DNA of 8,637 nucleotides from a virus (Duplodnaviria; Heunggongvirae; Uroviricota; Caudoviricetes): IMG/VR virus record IMGVR_UViG_2734482537_000006; one strand, 5' to 3'. Shown piece by piece: positions 1 to 5,544 of this stretch (position 1 is its first letter; each line of letters starts with the position of its first letter). The notes under the pieces were generated by a model. It saw only the letters and a program-made list of their open reading frames with translations, ran no database searches and was not told where the DNA came from. The position numbers and the translations under genes were made by a program.

Positions 1-83
1 AGGGACAGCTGATAGAAACAGAAGCCACTGGAGCACCTCAAAAACACCATCATACACTAAATCAGTAAGTTGGCAGCATCACC
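1..83 (-). mobile_element. insA: IS1 insertion sequence, terminal 83 bp (terminal inverted repeat plus first codons of insA); the element continues beyond the left edge
   Basis: Reverse complement of 1..83 reads GGTGATGCTGCCAACTTACTGATTTAGTGTATGATGGTGTTTTTGAGGTGCTCCAGTGGCTTCTGTTTCTATCAGCTGTCCCT, which I recognise as the IS1 left end. The terminal repeat is at 61..83 and the insA start (GTG GCT TCT GTT TCT ATC AGC TGT CC, V-A-S-V-S-I-S-C) begins at 28 reading leftward. The match ends sharply at 83/84. Recognition is from memory of the IS1 sequence, not a search. Confidence 0.75.
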
Positions 84-402
84 AGCCTTCTTGAGGCTAC
101 CACCTGTTTTCAGGTGTCATTCAGACGTGATTTGCCCCAGATTGGGAAAGCACGCTTTTTTCTCAGCTATCGTCCTCTTATTTTGCCGTTACATTTCTTT
201 TTGCATTCTAATGATTAATTTACAATAATAATATCGGTAATTATTGAGTAATAATAAATTAATTATTGCAAATGTAATTTAATTCCATCTTCGCGTTATA
301 TTCCAATCTTTAATCTCCGCATGGAACAAGTTGCATGCGTGACTATATTAAGACGACTTATAACCACCAAAACATTTGCTTTGCAAGCAAAAACAGTGAC
401 CA

Positions 403-431
403 TTGACTCTAAGAAAATTCCGATCTATTGT
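403..431 (+). promoter_or_regulatory. Candidate sigma70-type promoter (-35 TTGACT at 403..408, 17-nt spacer, -10 TATTGT at 426..431)
   Basis: Seen in sequence: near-consensus -35 hexamer, 17-bp spacer and a 4/6 -10 hexamer inside an AT-rich region, about 35 nt upstream of the small ORF at 466. AT-rich DNA yields such matches by chance. Confidence 0.25.
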
Positions 432-465
432 TAGGGTCATCAAAGTTACTTAACAGTATTCCGAA

Positions 466-567
466 ATGAAAATACAAAGCAAGCTAATTGTCTTATTAAA
501 CATTATTATTGCATTTATATTATTTGAGCTTTTAGCTCAAAAATTTGGTTTGAGTACATTATTTTAA
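466..567 (+). CDS. Hypothetical 33-aa hydrophobic peptide (MKIQSKLIVLLNIIIAFILFELLAQKFGLSTLF)
   Basis: Hand-translated ATG..TAA ORF, below the size cutoff of the ORF track. A single predicted hydrophobic helix, with a candidate promoter upstream and an intrinsic terminator downstream. No convincing Shine-Dalgarno sequence, and AT-rich DNA favours F/L/I codons, so it may be spurious. Confidence 0.2.
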   Translation: MKIQSKLIVLLNIIIAFILFELLAQKFGLSTLF

Positions 568-716
568 AGCAAGATAAACAATATCGGGCACTCTAGTTTT
601 TATAATTAACAATTAAACGTCCATAAAATGTTATTTACTTTTCTTCGCTATTGTCATATCTTAATATAGTGGCTTACGCCACTCTACTTTCATCACATTT
701 TGTACGTTTATGTACT

Positions 717-746
717 CGCCATGAAGCTCTTTCATGGCGATTTTTT
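717..746 (+). terminator. Rho-independent terminator, plus strand (9-bp stem CGCCATGAA / TTCATGGCG, 5-nt loop, then A+TTTTTT)
   Basis: Seen in sequence: perfect 9-bp inverted repeat at 717..725 and 731..739, followed by a T6 run at 741..746. The T-run is on the plus strand only, so it would stop plus-strand transcripts heading into the 3' end of tfa. Confidence 0.6.
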
Positions 747-832
747 ATTCTTAATCCAAGAACATACTCCCTACCTATAGCAAAATCACTTTTTTAACAA
801 AAGAATAACGTATTTAGGTAATCATTACGAAT

Positions 833-1414
833 TTACCCTATAGGTGCTACTGGCCATTCAATATCCGGTGCAGTTGATGTATCAACACGGTTCAGCAACA
901 CCCGATACTTTTTCCAAGCTTCCAGCAACAAGGTTTCTTTCTCCGTTGCGATCTCCAGATCCACAGCATCCTGAAGCGGCGCTATATGCTCACTGGCTAC
1001 CTGCATCAGGCTGTTTTTTGTTTCTTCCGCCTCCCGGATCCGGAACAGTTTTTCTGCTTCCGTATCCTTCACCCAGGCTGTGCCGTTCCACTTCTGAAAC
1101 TCCCCTTCCGGGGATAACCAGGTGACATTTTCCGGTAATGAGCCGAGTTCAGAAATAAATAACGCGTCGCCGGAAGCCACGTCATAAACCGTTTTACCCC
1201 GATGATCTTCAACGAGATGCCACGATGACTCATCACTGTTGAAAACAGCCACGAAACCAGCCGGAATATCTGGCGGTGCAATATCGGTACTGTTTGCAGG
1301 CAGACCTGTATGAGGCGGAATATATGCGTCACCTTCACCAATAAATTCATTAGTTCCGGCCAGCAGGTTATAAATTTTTATGGTCCGTGCTTGTTCACTC
1401 ATTCTGAATGCCAT
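833..1414 (-). CDS. tfa: Tail fibre assembly protein Tfa (lambda Tfa family chaperone)
   Basis: 193-aa [47 protein letters not shown]..., essentially collinear with lambda Tfa as I recall it. Its ATG overlaps the stf stop by one base (TAATG at 1416..1412), the usual coupling arrangement. Confidence 0.95.
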   Translation of the reverse strand: MAFRMSEQARTIKIYNLLAGTNEFIGEGDAYIPPHTGLPANSTDIAPPDIPAGFVAVFNSDESSWHLVEDHRGKTVYDVASGDALFISELGSLPENVTWLSPEGEFQKWNGTAWVKDTEAEKLFRIREAEETKNSLMQVASEHIAPLQDAVDLEIATEKETLLLEAWKKYRVLLNRVDTSTAPDIEWPVAPIG

Positions 1415-4400
1415 TATGCGAGCCTCACAATATAGTTAAATGCGATGTTTTTGACGGTGTTTTCCGCGTTACCAGCAGCGTTAACGGTGATGGTGTGTCC
1501 ATGTGAACCAATCGCAACAGAGTGCGTATGAGCACCAATACCGACAGTATGCGCGTGTGCACCCGCAGATGCTGCTGTGCCGGACAGTGAGTGTGTATGG
1601 TTTCCTTCTGAAGATGATTTACCTACCCATTGGGAGGTGCCACTGGTTAATGAGCCACTGATACCAACCTGATTAGTCCCGCTAACTTGAGTACTCCCTG
1701 CCGGAAACATTCCAGTAGGTTGACTCCCGCTATTCGTTCTGGGCCCAGTCTGACTATGTTGGTGGGCCCCAGCTGAACTTGTAGAGCCGCTCAGACTGTG
1801 CGTATGCGCCCCGGTGTTATTCGTGGATTTAGTGCCGTAATCAAACGACGATGTGGTTTTCGTCCCCAAATCCGTACTGGATGCGCTGGCGCTGTGGGTG
1901 TGCGATTTAATGCCATCCTGTTCCTGAGACAATACGGCACGACCACTGGCGGGCTTGCCCTTAATCGTCCAGCCACGCATATCAGGGATCACGCCTGACG
2001 GATAAGCGGCTGCAAGTTTCGGGTAAGCAGATTTGTCAAAAGTCTGCCCCTGCATCAGGGCATAACCAGACGGAACGGTATCTGATGGCCACGGGATTGG
2101 TGCACCGACTGGATAAAACTCTGCAGGAGGATGAGCCGAGGTGTAAAGCTGCGCCCACGGCGACCAGTTTGCGTCGGTCGTATCCCGTCGTGAACGAATA
2201 AATGCCGGAGCATGAGCACCGCTTGTACCACTCCAGCCGATGAGTAACTCACCTTCGCCAACGGCTGTCATCCCTTTCAGGTGAATGATATTTCCATACG
2301 CTGTTGGATATCCGTTGTTATACACCTCGTATAACTCAAGACCTGCTGCCCCCTGCGTATTGTCTGTCAGCGCGGCTACCCGACCTTTTGAAGCCAGATT
2401 AACTGATGATACTGCTGTTCCACCTGACGGTAGCGCCCCGATCTCTGATGCCGTTGGCTTATTTCTGGAGTTATAGTCCCTTCGCCAGCCAGGTGAATAA
2501 TCTGTTCCGTGATTAATATAGGTAAACTGGGCGTTGGTTGTTCCGCCACCGCTGGATGTGGTCGGAGTGGTAATGCGGATCGTCATCGCTGACTTTATCC
2601 CCATTACTTCAATGACAGCTCCGGCGAGATGAATATTACCGCAGCCAGTATCAGTAATGATTTTATTATTGCCATAAGACCAGGAACCCTTGCACATCCA
2701 GTATGGATGGTTAAATGCTCCCTGAGAATCCAGCCACTCGATAAACTGTGCAGTCGTCCAGTTTCCTGTTGTTGTGCTTACTGACCCACCGAAGGCACGG
2801 CAGGCACCAATATTTTTCGTAAAGGTGTCTTTGCCAGGGATATCCGCACCGTTCTGATCTTTCTGCAGACGTTTCTCAGCATTGTCATTGGCTGCTTTTA
2901 CTGCCTTTGGCGTTGCCGCCAGCGTTTCAGACGTGCTGTTGGTCGCGCTGCTTAGCTGGATTATCCCTTTCTGTGCTGTCGTTGCATCCTGTGCGGTGTA
3001 TTTCCCGTTAGCCAGGTCATACGCGGCCTTAACGGCTTTTGGTGTTGCCGCCAGTGACTCGGAAGTGCTGTTAGTCGCACTACTGAGCTGTACTATCCCC
3101 TTTTTCGTCGTGCTCGCATCCTCAAGCGCCACGGCGGATGCAATATCCTCTGCCCGTTTTGCCGCTGTCTCAGCGCGCGTTGCTGCAGATTCCGCCGTAC
3201 TTTTGCTCTGAGCTGCTGCCGTCGCACTACCAGCAGCCTCTGTCGCCTTCGTGGATGCCGTCGTGGCGCTGCCCTTCGCTGCTGACGCCTGTCTGGTCGC
3301 CTCATCTTTTGAAGCAGACGCCGATGATGCCGATGACGCCGCCGAACTGGCGGACGATGCGGCAGCCGTTTTTGAGGATTCTGCACGGGTTTCCGACGCT
3401 TTCGCGTTCGTTTCGGATGTCTTCGCTGCGGAAGCTGACCTCGCTGCTGCCGTGGCCTGCTCAGTGGCTTCGCCAGCCTTCGTTGTGGCTGTTGAAGCGG
3501 ATGATGCGGCGCTTTCTGCCGATTTTCCGGCGGCGGTGGCACTGGCTGAGGCCTGCCCGGCACTTGTTGACGCGGCGCTGGCAGACGACGCAGCCGCTGT
3601 TTTTGAGCCTGCCGCAGCTGAGGCACTCTGTCCCGCTGCCGTTTCAGAAGACCTGGCGTTCGTCTCGGACGTTTTGGCCGCCTTCGCAGAATTTGCAGCC
3701 GCCGTCGCCGAGGAAGCTGCGCTACTGGCGCTTGATGATGCGTTCGTTTCTGATGATTTTGCCGCCTCTTTTGAAGCCGACGCATCCCGGGCTGAGGTGG
3801 CAGCTTCTGACGCTTTCGTGGTCGCGGTGGATGCAGAAGTGGCTGCTGATTGTTGTGACGCTGCCGCATTCGTTTCTAACGTTTTCGCCGCACCGGCACT
3901 GGTAGCCGCCGCGCTTTTTGAGGACTCTGCAGCGGCAGCACTTTTTGAGGCTTCAGTGGCCTTTGTTGATGCCGTTCCTGCGCTGGAAGACGCTGACTGA
4001 GCCGACGAAGCGGCCTGTCCGGCTGACGTGCTGGCTGCACGTGCTGAATCTGCAGCATCAGTCGCATGGGTTGCCGCCTCACGGGCTGATGTGCTGGCAT
4101 CGCTGGCTGATTTCTTCGCGGCTGCCGTGTTCTGTGCCACCGCGGACGCGTTACGCGCCACCTCTTCCACCATCAGCTCAAAACGGCGCAGTGCCTCCGG
4201 ACGGGCATCATCCTCCGTCATGGCACCGAGAAAATCATTCAGCGTACCGGGTCGGGAATCTTCATACACGGTGATGGTCCCGGCATGTGACGGCGGGAAT
4301 CCTTCCACCAACAGAATAACGCTGTACTGACCGTACTCAACGTCCATGCTGTAACGCCCGGCTTCATCCGGATTTTCTGAGGCCAGCGTGTTCACCACCA

Positions 4401-4497
4401 CCGTGGTGCTGTTACGTTTTGCTTTCAGCTGGATTGTGCAGTTCTGTACCGGTTTTCCTGTGCCGTCTTTCAGTACACCTGAAATCTTTACTGCCAT
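1414..4497 (-). CDS. stf: Side tail fibre protein Stf (lambda Stf / T4 gp37-like), about 1027 aa
   Basis: N-terminus [26 protein letters not shown]... and C-terminus ...[45 protein letters not shown] match lambda Stf as I recall it. Between them is a long Ala/Ser/Thr-rich region with reiterated KTSETNA-like motifs, two 44-aa tandem repeats and multiple HxH motifs near the tip. I place the start at the ATG at 4497 (MAVKISG, preceded by GGGGTG); the ORF track begins at an in-frame GTG at 4503. Confidence 0.92.
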   Translation of the reverse strand: MAVKISGVLKDGTGKPVQNCTIQLKAKRNSTTVVVNTLASENPDEAGRYSMDVEYGQYSVILLVEGFPPSHAGTITVYEDSRPGTLNDFLGAMTEDDARPEALRRFELMVEEVARNASAVAQNTAAAKKSASDASTSAREAATHATDAADSARAASTSAGQAASSAQSASSSAGTASTKATEASKSAAAAESSKSAAATSAGAAKTLETNAAASQQSAATSASTATTKASEAATSARDASASKEAAKSSETNASSSASSAASSATAAANSAKAAKTSETNARSSETAAGQSASAAAGSKTAAASSASAASTSAGQASASATAAGKSAESAASSASTATTKAGEATEQATAAARSASAAKTSETNAKASETRAESSKTAAASSASSAASSASSASASKDEATRQASAAKGSATTASTKATEAAGSATAAAQSKSTAESAATRAETAAKRAEDIASAVALEDASTTKKGIVQLSSATNSTSESLAATPKAVKAAYDLANGKYTAQDATTAQKGIIQLSSATNSTSETLAATPKAVKAANDNAEKRLQKDQNGADIPGKDTFTKNIGACRAFGGSVSTTTGNWTTAQFIEWLDSQGAFNHPYWMCKGSWSYGNNKIITDTGCGNIHLAGAVIEVMGIKSAMTIRITTPTTSSGGGTTNAQFTYINHGTDYSPGWRRDYNSRNKPTASEIGALPSGGTAVSSVNLASKGRVAALTDNTQGAAGLELYEVYNNGYPTAYGNIIHLKGMTAVGEGELLIGWSGTSGAHAPAFIRSRRDTTDANWSPWAQLYTSAHPPAEFYPVGAPIPWPSDTVPSGYALMQGQTFDKSAYPKLAAAYPSGVIPDMRGWTIKGKPASGRAVLSQEQDGIKSHTHSASASSTDLGTKTTSSFDYGTKSTNNTGAHTHSLSGSTSSAGAHQHSQTGPRTNSGSQPTGMFPAGSTQVSGTNQVGISGSLTSGTSQWVGKSSSEGNHTHSLSGTAASAGAHAHTVGIGAHTHSVAIGSHGHTITVNAAGNAENTVKNIAFNYIVRLA
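2894..3107. repeat. Imperfect tandem repeat inside stf (period 132 bp / 44 aa; conserved core KGI(V/I)[11 protein letters not shown](S/T)[11 protein letters not shown])
   Basis: Seen in sequence: the Stf segment ...[73 protein letters not shown]..., and the same periodicity in the antisense ORF 2882..3211. DNA identity between the cores is roughly 75% by eye. Confidence 0.6.
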
Positions 4498-4508
4498 ATT
4501 CACCCCAC

Positions 4509-4534
4509 AAAAAAGCCCGCCTGAACCGGCGGGC
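4509..4534 (-). terminator. Rho-independent terminator (minus strand), copy 1, immediately upstream of the stf start
   Basis: Seen in sequence: the minus strand reads GCCCGCC GGTTCA GGCGGGC followed by TTTTTT (7-bp GC stem, 6-nt loop, T6). Confidence 0.7.
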
Positions 4535-4561
4535 TGTCATAACACTGTGTTACCTGGCTAA

Positions 4562-4646
4562 TCAGAATTTATAACCGACACCCACGATGAAACCGTCAGT
4601 GCGCCAGAGACGTGTTGCTGTGGCGACCGTCATCACTTCCGGTCAG
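4562..4646 (-). pseudogene. lom: lom 3' remnant: last 15 codons and stop, fused by an 83-bp deletion to an internal 39-bp lom segment
   Basis: Identical to lom 4875..4920 and 5004..5042 apart from one synonymous change (AAA versus AAG, Lys). No start codon or 5' region. Confidence 0.8.
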
Positions 4647-4810
4647 AACTCAACGTCCATGCTGTAACGCCCGGCTTCATCCGGATTTTCTGAGGCCAGC
4701 GTGTTCACCACCACCGTGGTGCTGTTACGTTTTGCTTTCAGCTGGATTGTGCAGTTCTGTACCGGTTTTCCTGTGCCGTCTTTCAGTACACCTGAAATCT
4801 TTACTGCCAT
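4643..4810 (-). pseudogene. stf: Truncated duplicate of the stf 5' end (55 codons then TGA created at the duplication junction), with its own ribosome-binding site and ATG
   Basis: The minus strand from the ATG at 4810 encodes [55 protein letters not shown], identical to Stf residues 1-54. Codon 55 is changed from TAC to TTC and followed by TGA, both created by the junction at 4646..4648. Confidence 0.8.
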
Positions 4811-4920
4811 ATTCACCCCACAAAAAAGCCCGCCTGAACCGGCGGGCTGTCATAACACTGTGTTACCTGGCTAATCAGAACTTATAACCGACACCCACGA
4901 TGAAACCGTCAGTGCGCCAG
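4648..4920. repeat. Tandem duplication, copy 2 (contiguous with the intact lom gene)
   Basis: See copy 1; 272 of 273 positions are identical. Confidence 0.9.
4822..4847 (-). terminator. Rho-independent terminator (minus strand), copy 2, immediately downstream of the lom stop
   Basis: Same GCCCGCC-GGTTCA-GGCGGGC-TTTTTT structure as copy 1, 27 nt after the lom stop codon. Confidence 0.75.
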
Positions 4921-5474
4921 TCGCCACTGCCGGAGCCTTCATAAGCAATATCAATGGCCACGGATTCGGTCGGGTTAAACTGCACGCCAGCTCCCCACGC
5001 CAGAGACGTGTTGCTGTGGCGACCGTCATCACTTCCGGTCAGCACGTCGTGCGTTTTCCCCTTGTTGTCAGTTACGCGGAGATAATCCCCGGAGAAAGTC
5101 GACACACGGCTGTAAGCCACACCCGCCATCGCATACGCGCTGAACCATTCATTCACGCGCACAGACGGCCCCGCCATCACGCTGAACCAGCGGTTACGCA
5201 CGGAATCTTCATGCCAGCGGGTATCGCTGTAACGGGTCAGCTGGCGATTCTTGTCTCCTGCATAGCTGAATGACGTCACCAGCCCCAGCGTATCCGTAAA
5301 CTCATAACGGTATTTCACGTTAATCCCGTTCAGATCATCACTGCCGGGAACGTTGGTCCGGGCATGAAGATACCCCGCGCTCAGCGTGGACTGATGTTCA
5401 GACGCCCATGCAGGCGCACCGGATACGGCCAGGCAAATGGCTGCGGACAAAATGGCTGCACAAACTTTACGCAT
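4875..5474 (-). CDS. lom: Outer membrane protein Lom (Ail/Lom/PagC family beta-barrel), 199 aa with N-terminal signal peptide
   Basis: MRKVCAAILSAAICLAVSGAPAWASEHQSTLSAGYLHA...GFIVGVGYKF closely matches lambda Lom as I recall it. It has a signal peptide ending AWA, a C-terminal aromatic residue typical of beta-barrel proteins, and a good ribosome-binding site (GAGAGG) upstream of the ATG. Confidence 0.95.
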   Translation of the reverse strand: MRKVCAAILSAAICLAVSGAPAWASEHQSTLSAGYLHARTNVPGSDDLNGINVKYRYEFTDTLGLVTSFSYAGDKNRQLTRYSDTRWHEDSVRNRWFSVMAGPSVRVNEWFSAYAMAGVAYSRVSTFSGDYLRVTDNKGKTHDVLTGSDDGRHSNTSLAWGAGVQFNPTESVAIDIAYEGSGSGDWRTDGFIVGVGYKF

Positions 5475-5495
5475 AATTACCTCTCGCTTTTCTGC

Positions 5496-5522
5496 AATAA
5501 AAAAGGCGTCATTCCTGACGCC
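5496..5522 (-). terminator. Hairpin with flanking T-run between J and lom (GGCGTCA-GGAA-TGACGCC then TTTTTTATT on the minus strand); candidate terminator
   Basis: Seen in sequence: 7-bp inverted repeat at 5505..5511 and 5516..5522 with a 4-nt loop, and an A6 run at 5499..5504 on the plus strand (T6 on minus). It lies 23 nt after the J stop and about 25 nt before the lom start. Confidence 0.55.
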
Positions 5523-5544
5523 ATTTATTGGGGTTATAAATATT

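Larger units (their letters stand above)
4335..4646. repeat. Tandem duplication, copy 1 (312 bp: stf 5' end + terminator + lom 3' end carrying an 83-bp internal deletion)
   Basis: Seen in sequence: 4335..4607 equals 4648..4920 with a single mismatch (T at 4568 versus C at 4881), and 4608..4646 equals 5004..5042 within lom. The deletion junction at 4607/4608 sits at a 6-bp microhomology CGCCAG (4602..4607 and 4998..5003). One unmatched A at 4647 separates the copies. Confidence 0.9.

Noticed and set aside
101-116. Perfect hairpin CACCTG-TTTT-CAGGTG just outside the IS1 end
   Set aside because: A short 6-bp stem with no adjacent T-run on either strand; too weak to call a terminator, and it could be part of a disrupted flanking gene.
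181-300. Reiterated TAATTATTG / AATAATAA motifs in the AT-rich segment as a possible binding-site array or CRISPR-like repeat
   Set aside because: These are short, irregularly spaced low-complexity AT repeats with no unique spacers of constant length, consistent with simple AT-rich DNA.
844-1350. Two 93-aa ORFs (844..1125 plus; 1069..1350 minus) overlapping tfa
   Set aside because: One is antisense and one is an alternative frame of the confidently identified tfa; neither has a recognisable product.
3093-4000. Three long overlapping ORFs (3093..3869 minus; 3138..3905 plus; 3251..4000 plus) with Arg/Pro/Gln-rich or Ala/Asp-rich products
   Set aside because: All sit within the low-complexity Ala/Ser/Thr repeat region of stf. 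Repetitive GC-rich codons suppress stop codons in every frame; the products are compositionally extreme, and the in-frame stf reading is the only one with recognisable similarity.
4503-4503. GTG at 4503 as the stf start (the ORF-track start, giving MNMAVKIS...)
   Set aside because: The ATG at 4497 gives MAVKISG..., matching the lambda Stf N-terminus, and has the GGGGTG Shine-Dalgarno at suitable spacing. The GTG would sit inside the T-run of the upstream terminator.
4612-4887. 91-aa plus-strand ORF spanning the duplicated region
   Set aside because: It is antisense to the duplicated stf/lom fragments and terminators and crosses both rearrangement junctions, so it is a by-product of the duplication with no coding features.
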